Assembly: GCA_973895155.1 (NCBI GenBank)
Contig: OZ316892.1
Span: 12,030,238 to 12,094,237, forward strand
Direction of reading: 5' to 3'
Source: Marsupella aquatica
Lineage: Eukaryota; Plantae; Marchantiophyta
DNA length: 64,000 nucleotides
This document shows, in pieces, positions 13,101 to 24,873 of this stretch. Every line of letters starts with the position of its first letter. Position 1 is the first letter of the stretch. The notes under the pieces were generated by a model. That model was not told the origin of the DNA. It did not search any database and saw only the letters and a list, made by a program, of their open reading frames with translations. The position numbers and the translations under genes are program-made.

Positions 13101-15672
13101 CAGATTGGTGTAGTGCAAAACCTTTATGTAATTGGTAACTCTCCCACAAGAGCAGCATTACTAATGGGCGAATTTACAGGAATTTTGGATCTCCTCATGG
13201 AGTTACTAGTCTCCGGGAAAGACTTCAAGGTCCGAGTTTCTGCAGCAGATACCCTCCGCTGGTTCTGTCAATGGAAGTTTACTGCCCTGAAAGTAGCAGC
13301 CATACCAGACGCTCTCGAAAAGCTGTTCAATATGTTCGTCACAACAGAGACACTCCAACAGGTTGCATCCCCTGAGCCGCAATATGCACCCAAATATGCA
13401 TTTCTCGGCAGCCCTTCATATTTGGCAGGACAGATTTTGGGTGACCTGTCGTGCGTGCAAGAGAACAGGATCAAATTTCGTGCCCTCCAGAGCAGGTTAG
13501 ATGGGTTTGGACATATCCTGGTTCGACTCAAGGGAACTTGGCAGGGCACTCTTAGCGAGAAGCGTCGGCCTGGATTGAGGGAACGAGCTTCTACAGCTGC
13601 CGGAATACTGGCTCAGCTAGCACGGGACAAAGAGCTGAGACATTCGATTTCATTGCCTGGGCTGGAGGAAGGTTTGCTATTCTTGCAACTTATCCAGACT
13701 GCTATGATCCCCCCGTATTTCCCGCGGGACCTTCGGGTCAATAATTCTACGATGGCGCTCACAAAGCTATTTTCCACTTCAACAAACCCAAGATCGAGAT
13801 GCATCCCGACTTTGAAACAGGTACAAGAAGTATTTTCTTCTGACGAACGTCCTCCAGCGATGAGAGCGGCGGCATGCTTCAGAATATATTGGAGTCGTGT
13901 TGAAATCCATTGTGAAATGGGGGCGTACGCTGAGGCTCTTGAAAACTTGGAACTCGCTCAACTGCATCTGGACCAGTGCCGGACTCCCGATCTTGACCAG
14001 GGCCGGACTTTGGGCGATTGGTACGTGACGACGGAAGGCTTGGTGGCGACGGGGTTTCTCGCAACAAAAGTGTTGAGGTATGCAACTGCTTCGCTTGTGT
14101 ATTTAATCAAATCCCATTTGGATTGGAAAAGTCTTGATTGAAACGCGGAGATAAGTTGACACTAGGAAAAAAAATATTTTAAATCATCAATTTCATCATC
14201 AATTTCATGTGTAAGTTGTGAGGGATCGGGACAACTCTCACGTTCTAATTTTGAGCTTGGCAACTACAACGCTCGAAGTGTAGCCACCTACGTGATGTCA
14301 ACAATTGTTACCAAAGATAGGATAGACAAGAAAAATCCCTCTTCTCCAGGCTGCTAGAGGCAGTACAATCCAACCGATTGGTTCATAATGCCTTTTTTTC
14401 AATTCATAAATAAGTTATTTTTAAGGTTGAAGCCATGGTCCCAGGAGAGCCCACTGCCCGCAGGATGCTGCCCAAATTGTCGCAGTGAGATTAACTTTCC
14501 AATACGTCTTTGTGCTGAGGTGGAGTCGCTGGGTTTGAAACCGGCTGCTGCCCCAGTACTTTTGACATAAACCCCACGGGTTGGGTGCAGAAGAAGCTTT
14601 TGACACTTAGAAAGAAAATGATGATTTTTGGTTTTTGCGGGCGTTCCATGCAAACAAGCAGCGGGCAGTTTAGATCACAAATGACTTTCCAGGTTCTCAT
14701 ATGGGTTGTCCGAAGATCACAAATGACTTTCCAGGTTCTCATCTAGCTGAATGCAACCCTTGCGCACCTGGTTCATCATACCTTTAGATAATTTGAAATA
14801 AATGATAAATTATGGTCATTAGATCAAGTTAGGATATATTTTTGTTTCTAATTTTGCAGTGCAATAATTATCCTGGCTGAATAATCTTCCCGGCAGATAT
14901 GGGTTCGCCCCATGCAGGTTTTAGGCTTCCAGATATTTAAAAAAATAAGAAAATTCCAAGTTGCTCCAAGCACCCTAAAGCCCTTTCTGGAGGGTAATGT
15001 CCCCAGAAAAGCGCCCCAGGGAAGCCTGCCCTATGGGCGGGCTTTCCCCACAACAATGCCCTTGAAAGAGGGCTTCACTGTGCACTAGCTTGTGTTGTGG
15101 CGTGTGAGGAATGAAGTTACTTTTGTCTCATGCTAATATTATCTTTTGCACTTTGACCATTCAACTGACTTACTAATCTGTCTCCACAGCCGTACTAGAA
15201 GACTTCTTCAAATTTTGTCAGGGCATCATGCAGGCGCCTTACTGGATGCAAATGAGGAGGTTGAGAGCGCCCAATTGCATGCAAATGAGAAGGTTGAGAT
15301 CAACAACTACAGCCATTTCTGGCTCTTGTTATCTGCTTTGAATGAAAGAGGAATCTTACGGAGGCTCTGTGGAGATTTACAAGGTGTGGAGATTTACAAG
15401 GGGCGCTTGATGACTTGGATGCGGCTTATCAGCTGGTTCAAGAACATTGGGCCTTTAAGTACTTCCTTTTTAATATCCTCAAGCATCGAGGCTACGTCAA
15501 ATATTTGATGAATGACGAAGGTGGAGCTAGGGCAGACGCGGAAGCTGCCCTACAGCAACCTCTCCAATATACCGTTCGCACTATTACAGATGAGAGGTGG
15601 TTTTGGGACATAGATATACTACCGATAAACTATCTGGGTTATTTTTCTTCCTCTAAGCCAAGTCTCTTCTAG
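10159..15672 (+). pseudogene. NB-ARC (STAND/NLR-like) gene: N-terminal helical domain - NB-ARC - ARM-like repeats - TPR; two frameshifts
   Basis: Exons 10159(or 10066)-11235, 11512-12373, 12762-14077 and 15190-15672 with phase-compatible GT..AG introns. P-loop VFGGPGLGKS, Walker B LLIVLDDLW, RNBS-B RYLVTSQ, GLPL-like YLPLSLA. Exon 3 has ARM-like helices; the C-terminus has TPR motifs (RGILRRLCGDLQGALDDLDAA, RGYVKYLMNDEGGARADAEAAL). Lesions: +1 frameshift near 12002-12027 and a 17-bp tandem duplication (15368-15401). Confidence 0.85.
11257..11386. repeat. ~64-bp tandem duplication in intron 1 of the NB-ARC gene
   Basis: TGTCATTTTCTGTC..AACTGC.TGTACATGTCTTTCTTTTACTTGAATTACTATT occurs twice. 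Confidence 0.8.
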
Positions 15673-16802
15673 ATTTGCTTCTTTCAGTAACTTTTGCATG
15701 GTTGATGCTGCTGCTGTCCTTAGTTGATAATCAAAGGGTGTCATTAATGTTGCATATTTTTTATCAAGCAGAAATCCTATGGTCAGGCCTTGAAGGCATG
15801 CTGAGAGTTCTGGCATTTTTGAACACACAAGGCAACTGGCAGGCAACCTGCCCTAGGAGATCTTGCATTTCAGAATGCCACCAGATTGGGCAGTGTTGCT
15901 GTTGGGTTGCAAACCTTGCTGTTTCTAAACCGTGTGACATGTATTTGATCAACTAAATATCTTTGGGACAAAATACAACCCAAATTAGTAATCCCTCAAA
16001 TAAGCTTATGTGTCAAAATTAATATGAGATTACGTTGTGATAATAAATGAGCACAAGCGCAGATGTGAGGGTGAATCTAGTAGATGTGTGGGGATGAATT
16101 TAATATTATTGTTCTTGTGAGGGCTCTAGCAGAAGAATATTTGGCCAAACCCTCGGTGGGATGGGAAATATGTCCGTGGTTCTCTGACCCTCTCTAAGCA
16201 CAGACCTGAAAGGATCAGTTCTTATAACATATCTCAGTTATTGTTGAGCATAGATGACAATCGTAACGGCAAGTCCATGAACCATCCAACGCACAAGAGT
16301 CGACACAGCTCAAAATACGTGGTTCACCTCCACATGAGGCTACGTCCACGGGAACACACATGAGCTTTAGTGCACTCTAGGCCGACCGGCCATACCAAAC
16401 ATCCACAGCGCAAGCTGTCTCTATCTCTCAACTAGCTCCATAACGTACAATGAGCCTAAGTTCCTGTGACGGGGTCCCGCCACGGTAAATCACCATTAGT
16501 GTCACCAGCAAGACACCTGTAAATAAATAAGCTGATAGACGCGAGTTTTTTTTAATGTTCTTTAAATCTATAAAGTTTTTTTAAAGCATCTCGGGATAGT
16601 CGGAGACCCCAACAGTTTTGTCTAGACCCGGGTTAATTATGGGGCAAAAACCTGGGGGGGTTTAAAATTGTGACTTTCCGGGAAGGTAAGGAAGTCCGGG
16701 AAATAAGCATTTTTAATTTTTTGGTAACACCCCTTCTAAAGCAACACTCAGGCAGGACTGGAGGAGTATGGGGGGTTTAATTAAACCCCCATTAAATCCT
16801 TC

Positions 16803-17220
16803 TGCGAGCTGCGAGCTGCGGGCCGCGAGCTGCAAGGGGCGAGCTGCGAGGTGCGAGCTACGGGCCGCGAGCCGCGAGCTGCGAGGGGCGAGGTGCGAGC
16901 TGCGGGCCGCGAGCCCTGCAGAGGGCAGGAGCTGCTGCGAGCTGCCGCGAGTGAGGAGTATGGGGGGGTTTTAAAATAAATCCCTCCTAAGGAGGTCCGC
17001 GAGCTGTCGTGCGAGGAAGGGGAAGCGTCCGCGAGTGAGCCGCGAGCCGCGAGCTGCGAGCTGCCGTGCGAGGAAGGGGAAGCGTCCGCGAGTGAGCCGC
17101 GAGCCGCGAGCTGCGAGCTGCGAGCCGCGAGCCACAAGCTGCGAGCTGCGAGCCGCGAGCCGCGAGCTGCGAGGGGTGAGGTGCGAGCCGCGAGCTGCGG
17201 GCCGCGAGCTGCGAGGAAGG
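16803..17220. repeat. GC-rich 7-mer array (GCGAGCT/GCGAGCC) in the upstream part of the 4.16-kb element
   Basis: Dozens of GCGAGCY units, with larger duplicated blocks (GGAGTATGGGGGGTTT; GTGCGAGGAAGGGGAAGCGTCCGCGAGTGAGCC). Confidence 0.9.
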
Positions 17221-17613
17221 GGGACTCCCGCGAGTCGGGACAAAGGAGGGCTCTGGGGCGCAAGGCGAAAAGCTGCTCCCGGGGGGTTTTCGTTGTTTTT
17301 TTCTCTCCCCTCTTTTCTCCTTTTCACACGACCCTTCTCTTGCCGAAAGCAAACTCGAGTTTCTCTCCCTTATTGCCGAAAGCTTTCTCCTTATGTTACA
17401 ATTATTTGAGCTTTCTCTCCAATTCTTCTCAAGGCTCACTCATGGGGGATTGCGGGGACTGTCAGGGCATTAACGACAGCAACATGGAGTGACGACGGAG
17501 GGGATTGAGAGAAATAAATTAATCGGGCTACGGGGGCTGTTTCGGGCCAGGGAATTGACATTGCTATGGGTGGCGGGATTTGGTGATTGAGAATTTGATT
17601 TCAGGATGCATGA

Positions 17614-19467
17614 ATGCTAGATCAACCGGAGTTTAGTGTGGCACGCATTCGGAGATACAAGGCTGCTTACCGTGACTACGTGGAGACTTTGATTGCAAGG
17701 GAGAGAGAAGAGAGAGAAGCTACGATGAGCACGGGATTGGCAGCAGGTTCCACACCGGTGGGTAGGAGGATTTTTCGTCGAATTTATCCCAAGACCTCCG
17801 CCAAAGTGATGGAGGATTGTCAGAATATTTTCCAAGCCACCGGGGTTACAGAATTCATGAAGGTGGAGATTACCATCCCTCCGGGGAAGAGCTGGGACAT
17901 TGAGGCCGGGATGGAGTTACGAACGGAGGGAATCTACTTTGAATGTCTCAAACGTGTAGTGCCCCATGTGGAGTTGGCTAGGCTACTGTTTCTGGGGAAT
18001 CAGAAATTCTCATTCACACCTCTACACATTAGGGGAGAACTCACGTTGAAGATGGTGGCCACTTGGGTGATTAATCCCACCTCCACCACTGCCATCCCTC
18101 TTTCCGTTGTCAAGGATGTTGAGTATAAGGGATTCCTGGCCAAGGTTCATCAACGGGTCCTTGGCAACGTGCAATCCGGGGTGGTGAATGAAGAGCATTT
18201 CATGGTAGCTATGGACATCAAGAACCACCCAGCCCATGTGTACGGATGGTGGTACTACGGGTTGAAGAAGCTGTTGGCCGCTGATCCCGGGAGTGTGAAA
18301 CCAGGTGGGGCTGTACATTTGATGGGGTCATTTGTATTGGCCAGGGCAGAAGGGTTGATTGGTTCCCCGGGACAGGAAGACACGGGATCATCTCTCACCA
18401 CGGAGATCCGGAGTATTGCCACTACCGTTATAGGGAAGCTCACGGAGGAATCATCGTCGGCTGGTGGGGATGAAGATAGAGGAGAAGAAAACCAGGATGA
18501 GGACTACACGTTGGAGTGGCTTGAATCACTCGTAGGAGATCCAAAAAAGCCCCTGGTCTACAACATTCCGGATGTTTACCTGGCAGAGCTACGGGATTTC
18601 AGAGAGGGAGTCCATGAGGGACTCAAGCTAATCCACGCATTGAGAGATTCTCTCAAGCATGCCTCAGCCAGAGTAGAGACGTTAGAGCAGAGTACCCTGT
18701 CTCTGAAGGAGGTGATCAAGGCCAAGGAGGGGACCATTCATGAGAAGGTTAAGCTTCTCCAAGCAGCTCACGTAGAGATCTCCAACTTGAAGGGAGCCTT
18801 GTCCACCAAGGCCAAGGAAGCAGAAGAGGTGGGAGCATTGAGACAAGCATTGGCCAAAGAGAAGCAGAATTCTGGAGAAGTGGTGGAGTGGAGAAACCAG
18901 GTGGGAGCACTACGGAGTCAGGTGGCCGCCTTTGAGACACGAGCAAAGAGGAGTGAGGCCTTGAGTCTGGGGAAACGGAAGAGCCCCGGCACACCTAGCT
19001 CCACACTTTCCCCGGATTTGATCTCCCAGGCTATTGAGATGGTGGTGAAGGAGGTTAGTGGGAAGTATGGGCCCTTGTTGGATGGAGCCAAGAAGAGTCA
19101 GGAGAAGAGCAAGGGCTTGGAGAAGAAGCTCCGGGAGGTACGGAAATTTTTACGGGAGGCTCAGGTCAATACGGGGATGCCACCCAGGTCTGTCACCCCC
19201 GGGACTCCCATGGCCACAGGGCAAGTTCTACCGTTGGAGTTGCGGTCCGGAGAAGAGGCTACCCTATGGAAGGACACCATTGGTGAGGGGTACATCAAGG
19301 CGTGGCAGGCCTTGGCCACTTTGAGGAAGCAAGGGAGCGGCAGCACGAAGAGTACCCCGATAAAGAAGAAGAAAAGTGAGGTGGCACTCACTCCCGTGAG
19401 TGATGAAGAGGAGGCCCACTCACGGGGCACAAGCCAGGGCACCGAGAGTGAAGAAGAGGAGGAGTAG
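17614..19467 (+). CDS. TE-borne 617-aa protein: globular N-terminal domain (reminiscent of plant retroelement accessory ORFs), acidic linker, long coiled coil, basic/acidic tail
   Basis: Uninterrupted 1854-nt ORF; acceptor-like TTTCAG| just upstream of the ATG; heptad-rich central region; KKKK NLS-like motif; poly-E C-terminus. Family assignment is tentative. Confidence 0.75.
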   Translation: MLDQPEFSVARIRRYKAAYRDYVETLIAREREEREATMSTGLAAGSTPVGRRIFRRIYPKTSAKVMEDCQNIFQATGVTEFMKVEITIPPGKSWDIEAGMELRTEGIYFECLKRVVPHVELARLLFLGNQKFSFTPLHIRGELTLKMVATWVINPTSTTAIPLSVVKDVEYKGFLAKVHQRVLGNVQSGVVNEEHFMVAMDIKNHPAHVYGWWYYGLKKLLAADPGSVKPGGAVHLMGSFVLARAEGLIGSPGQEDTGSSLTTEIRSIATTVIGKLTEESSSAGGDEDRGEENQDEDYTLEWLESLVGDPKKPLVYNIPDVYLAELRDFREGVHEGLKLIHALRDSLKHASARVETLEQSTLSLKEVIKAKEGTIHEKVKLLQAAHVEISNLKGALSTKAKEAEEVGALRQALAKEKQNSGEVVEWRNQVGALRSQVAAFETRAKRSEALSLGKRKSPGTPSSTLSPDLISQAIEMVVKEVSGKYGPLLDGAKKSQEKSKGLEKKLREVRKFLREAQVNTGMPPRSVTPGTPMATGQVLPLELRSGEEATLWKDTIGEGYIKAWQALATLRKQGSGSTKSTPIKKKKSEVALTPVSDEEEAHSRGTSQGTESEEEEE

Positions 19468-20899
19468 ATAGTCGTACGGATGTGGTTGTACGGCCTCTAG
19501 ATTTCCAACTTTTTTGTGAGGGGTCACTCACGGGCTTGTTGGAAAGAGCTCGCGGAGCTGATTCCAACAAGAGGCGGCGCTCCTCAAACGGAGCCAGGAT
19601 GAGCAAGTTATGGCCCGGCGAAATTATGTTTTCGCGATACGGAAACGACCATAACTCAGGCGTCCGATGTCCGTTGCGAGTGCGACTGAGTGATTCGGGA
19701 TCAGGAGGAGAAGAGCTATCCAAGGGTGAGCTCAAAAGTACAGTTGATAGGGCACCTAGTTTCAGCCATTGTGGGGTGCCTTGCAATTTCAGGGTTCACG
19801 GAGTACAGTTGGGGCGCCGTCGAAGGCACCATCGGCCCCTTGTTTAGGGTTTAGGGTTTTAGCAGCATGTGTGTGCCGCATGCCTTTTAGTTTAGGGATT
19901 TCTTAGTGCAGGGTTTTAGCGGCGCCGCTAGGGTAGCCGCCATCGTTGTGACCCCATGAGGGGTGCTTTGGTGTGGTTTTTTTTGGTATTTAGGGGGAGA
20001 GCCCCTGAGTAGTGAAGGGGGGGAACTCAGCGTAGTACTTGGATGCTTTGGAGTAGCTTTTGTGAGTAGCGCACCGATTAGGAGAAGTTCAAGCCAGAAT
20101 AGTGAGGTGGAGAACGTAGCACTTGTCCCCGGGAGGCAGGAGTTGGGCAGACGGTAGGAGGCCGGGTTGTCCTTGCATGTGTTATGGGAAACACCAAGAG
20201 ATATGGATTTGGCTTGAGGTTCCAATATTTTGTGTGTCACTTGTTGTTGCTTGTGTTGTTTGTTTTCCTCCCCTAGTGCGTGTGGTCGGTGTCGTTGTGG
20301 AAACATTTGCCCTTGTCACTAGTGTTCAAATCTTATTGTAAATGTTGGTATGCTTGCCCAAGAGAGGAGGGGGGTGGTGACAGCACTCACCCGGTGGGCA
20401 TGAGTTGTAGATGGTAGGACCAGTCCCTTGGACTTGATCAAAAACGGAGAGACCAGTCGGTAGACTTGATCAAAAAGTACACTTCCGGGAGCGGAATCAA
20501 ACATACTCATCCTTAGGTGTGGAAATCCTCCAAATAGTGTCCCTCCACGACCCCGTAATACGATACCAACGGTTTAAGCAGGGAAAAGTACGGTTTGCAC
20601 GTATTACTCATTGGATAGGCAAGTGACAGTTCCCTCTCTCCAAGCAAACACCGTTTGGTTATAGAGTGTGCACAGCATGACTAACCTAACCAAGTCTGCG
20701 ACTAAGGTTAGCCTTAACTATGGTACAGTCGCAACTCTAGACCTAAGAGTAAATCCTAACAGTTATTAGTGTAAACAATGTTATCTGAATCAAATTAAAT
20801 GTTCCGAGCAAGTCCATCCAAGCATTGCCAGTCCATCTGGGCTTTCATAGACAAAGTGGAGGTCCATCCAAGCTTTAGTTTTGCAAATGTGTGATACAT

Positions 20900-22210
20900 T
20901 TTGAGAGGTAATAAGGACAACCACTGGCAGTTTTGACTTTCACACGTGCCAAAACTCCTGCCGTACCCCATCATAGTATGCTAGTCCTGAGCTGGTTTTC
21001 AGGCACGTGCCTTTGATGCTTTTTTCACCCAGACAAACATGTGTTCACTTGGGGGAATTGGGGGATAGTTTTTTGGGGGCACAGTTTGGCGAGAATATAA
21101 TTATTGCCAAAAATCCTTATACTGCATGTATACTTATTAGACCTCTGTTTGTGAGATATGTCCACTTCTAGTTGCATTGGATGCACCTCATTTCACTTGT
21201 CAATGGAGAGAAATTCAAATTCTGGGAATGAAGTGAAGTAAGGGGTGGGATCTCCATTAAACTGACCTGACCTGACAAGGGAGTCTTCCAGGGAAATATA
21301 TCCTCTCTTTGAAGACTCTTCTGAGTTTGATTCCAGACTCAGTTGCATTCTGAGAGCCATGGTTTTTACCGAGAGATGGCCAATTAGTCTGATCTAGCTG
21401 CCTCAAATCCTGTGGATCTTTGGATGAACTCGCTCCATTGTCCCTATCAGACTCACCAACCTACCAGCAGGAGGCGAGAGGTAATCACCACTGTTCTTTG
21501 GAACAGACAAAGCCCCCGTCTTAAGAGCCTCTCCTTGTGAACACCCCGCCTGATTGTCCCACACAGTCGCCACTATTTCAGGTGAGATTGACAAAAGATG
21601 AGAGGGAATGTTGCGTTGTTTATTATTGAATGGTCTCTCGTCTACCCGCTCGTCTAACATTCTGAAGTCATTGTTAGCCCTGGAAGGAACCTCTCTCATA
21701 GAATGCTCAGGGGCTGGCAGATAGGAATGGGCACACCCCTTTTGCAAGAGAAAAGGTCCAAGTGGCACTAGGAGAATATGAAGCATCCATGGGGGGCAGC
21801 GGAGAAGAACAAGTGCAATCGCACCAAGATGGCTCTGATATTGAAATGTTAGAATATGAATCTTGTATCGCGAAGAGTCAAATTAATCAAGAAGGAACGT
21901 GCACAGAAACTAGAGTTGAGAGCTTCCCCATTTGATCACAAGAAAAAGGACAAAAAGTTTGAGGATAGAAGATCAAAACCGTTTCAATCAACTAGGGAAG
22001 AGAACATGGATATAGACTCCCCTCACAAGTCAAATAGCAAGAAACGTAATTATCAACTAGCGGTTGCAACATTGCTTGAGAAAAGTGAAGGTCACTTGGA
22101 ATGCCTAATTAGCAATCAGGACAAGAGCTGCATATGGGTTCTCTATCTAAATCTTTCTGATCAATCCTGAATGTTTTGGTCCATTCAAGAATTTTGGGCA
22201 AGGGGAGTAG
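20900..22210 (-). mobile_element. Degraded 5' end of an LTR retrotransposon (LTR, tRNA-Met PBS, decayed gag-like region)
   Basis: GCTCTGATA (21832-21840; reverse of the TATCAGAGC PBS core) lies next to a TGTTAG LTR end at 21847. The adjacent coding region is degenerate and boundaries are approximate. Confidence 0.4.
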
Positions 22211-22897
22211 AGTACACTACAACACTACCTACACCTTTTGCGAACTTGAAAGCATCGCAAACAACAAAGGAAATCAAAAAACAAAACTCGCCTTTGCAAA
22301 GTATCGCGCATCGCAATAGAATCGCAAACTGCGAAGCCCAAAGGTTCGCATCCGGTCTTTCGCAAGACCTTCGCAACGCCTTCGCAACTTGCGACACTAA
22401 TAGAATCGCAAAGGACTCACATTTAAGCGACTCGGTGGGCGTCGCGAGAGGCTTGCGATAATAATCAAGTAGTTAAATATTTGCAATCCCAGAAGTTTGG
22501 TAATTGGTTTGCGATATTAAGTTAATGGTAGTTATGCCATGAACATGGCTTCGCATTTTTGTGAACGTATGTGGTTTGCATAATGTTTGCGATACCTTCA
22601 ATATGGTAAATATGCGAATTGGGTTGTTCGCATAGGTTTCGCAAGATGTCTTGAGGCTAGGGTTTAGATTTAGAGTTTTGAATTATGGTTGGGGTCTTGT
22701 TGTCCAACACGGAGAATGAGGTCTGAATCAAAATTGCTTTATAGAAAATTGATAGGTACACAAAAATTAGGGTTTCCTAAACCCTAAACCCTAGATGGGT
22801 GTCATATGACAAGCTAGGTCCCTATAAGACTACCCATATCAAAACTATATACTACACTAAGTAAATGGGCATCCCATAGGCACTACACCACCAAGCT

Positions 22898-24873
22898 CTA
22901 GAATGGGGTCCTCCTACTCCTTGTTGCCGGCCTCTTCCCCTTGTCCCTCTTGCGATGATCCGGACGTGGCACAGGAGGTGGTGCTGGCTGCTCCTCCACA
23001 TCTGGTTCCTCCTCGTCCTCGTCCTCATCCTCTTCCTCCCCCTCCTGCTGGGAAACTCCTCCTATTGGTCCAGATCCACTACTCCCTCCTACCTTGGGCC
23101 CCTTTGTTGTGGTCCCCTCATTGTTCTCATCGGTGCTGCTGGTATCACTGGCATCCTCATCATCCTGTTTGCACAGCACAACGCCAAATTGGTTTAGGTT
23201 TACGGAATGAAAAGATAAGTGGATTGGGTGGGAAAAACTGAAGGGGATACATGCACTTACAGTCGCCAACTCTACGTCAACCAAGTCAAAGAGATGTTTG
23301 GCTCCATGCGCAGCTCCTATCTCCATCTCTTTTGCTGTTATCTTCCTGCGGTACCTCTTATACTACCACAACCAAACATTCCAAAACCAAAATCGATCGA
23401 GGTTAATATGCTATAAACCCAAGAAAAATGCATGGAGGTGCTAATAGGGTGCCCCCTAACACAAAACTGGGCTCAATAACCCTTAGCGGTTTTTTTTAAA
23501 CATAATACACACTTGCAAAACTCCCCACTTCGCAAATTCAAATAAATTGGCTGTTTGCGAAGTAGTTTGCGAAGCGAGTTATTTCGCAATAGCTTCGCAT
23601 TTACAACTTTAAAAAATGCCATGATAGACTTTGCGAAACATTTGTGAAGCAACCCGCATCGCAAAAGCTTCGCAAACTCTGTTTTTAAAAAATTCCGAGA
23701 AATCTCTAAGGCACGCAATGTGTCAGGGTGACCTAAAGTACAAGGCAGGCCGTAAGAAAGAAACAAGAGGTATGCAGGGGGGCATTGCAGGTTTGGATAG
23801 CAATTGAAAGCAAGGAAATAGAAGCAGGGGAGGAGAGGAGAGGGCCCACTCACAAAGTGTGCTTTGAGGCCGGGAAGTCCACCTTGGCCCATCTTGTGCG
23901 TGGTCTTGGGCCGTTTGCTGACTCGCTCAGCTGCAAGGATGAATTTTTGGGGTGGTGCACCCACTTCATCCACAATGTGTTGCATGTGAGACACTTTCTC
24001 AGCCATTGCCTTGAGCTCTCGGTCGGACTTCCCGGCCTTCTGTGCCTTGGCTTCCATCTCCTTCCAGAAGAGAAGGTTCCTGGCAGCTCTCATCTACACC
24101 TCCACTTTGTAAAAGACATTCCACACGTCCTCAGTGAATTGCAGTGGCCTCCTCACGTTTCTGTACTCCTCCAAGTTTGCCAGGTAGGCCCTTACCTTCT
24201 TCCTATCATGGTACCGTGCTTGAGACATTGAATTGGAAATTCTATCTGCAAGCCACTGTTCATCAATCTCTGCTCCATTTCGAAATGAATCTTTGATTTG
24301 ACTCATTACTTTCTTCTGGTCTGCCTTGCTGAGTTTCCCCCACTCAACTCCTCGTGCAAAATTGGAGCGCACCATAAGCCTGATAGTGCTCTTTGCCCCG
24401 GTGTAGGCCAGTTCAGTAGGAATGCCTTCGATCAAGGCAATCATAGGCAGCTTCTTCCTCTCTTCCTCCTTCTTTCGCTGCTCCTCCCGCTGTGCTCTTA
24501 TCTCATCTCGTTCCTCTCTCCTCCTCTTCTTTTCTAGGGTAGCAGGTGAGACTACTCCTGCCTTGGCCCTCTCCTCCTTCTTACGCTTCTTCTCTCTTGC
24601 CTTCTGTTGAGCTGCACTCCTTTGCTCCTCCTCCCTTGCAATGTTCCCTGCATCTACTCCCGTTTGCAAGGCTTGCCCAAGGATTGCACTCAAAGAAGCA
24701 ATCCCTGCTGGTGTAGTCAAATCTAAGTGGCTCAACTGTGCTGCATTGAGGTGCTCAACCATCAAATCGGTCCATTGATTCCTCTCCTGCTCCCCATTGC
24801 CTTCATTCCCATTGCCACTGTCACTCACCCCTGCCCCATCACCTCCATTTGCTCCATTGGAATCCATAGCCAA
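22898..24873 (-). pseudogene. TnpA/Ptta-like (Transposase_24-type) gene of CACTA 1, spliced, with an in-frame stop
   Basis: RPLQFTEDVW..F and ..HKMGQGG motifs resemble the En/Spm Ptta family; TAG at 24094-24096 splits two same-frame ORFs; donor GTGAGT near 23853; acidic C-terminal exon. Confidence 0.6.

Larger units (their letters stand above)
16465..20628 (+). mobile_element. 4164-bp TG..CA element with 5-bp TSD, probably a giant solo LTR, containing a long ORF
   Basis: Starts TGTGAC, ends GTGACA, TSD GTTCC (16460-16464 / 20629-20633). No terminal direct repeats and no gag/pol motifs seen. Confidence 0.8.
16242..20761 (-). mobile_element. Solo LTR, family A (copy 2), split by a nested 4.16-kb insertion
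   Basis: TGTTGAG...CCTAACA ends with perfect 5-bp TSD GTTAT (16237-16241 / 20762-20766); segments 16242-16464 and 20634-20761 match the other copies in reverse complement. Confidence 0.9.

Noticed and set aside
14160-14180. CACTAGG as a transposon end in NB-ARC intron 3 (also at ~33053)
   Set aside because: No matching right end or subterminal repeats found.
16768-17492. Several overlapping 68-160 aa ORFs (AARSS/CELRA repeats)
   Set aside because: By-products of the stop-poor GCGAGCY 7-mer array.
19482-20341. Short ORFs downstream of the 617-aa gene
   Set aside because: Non-ATG starts, no motifs; more likely 3' UTR or LTR sequence.
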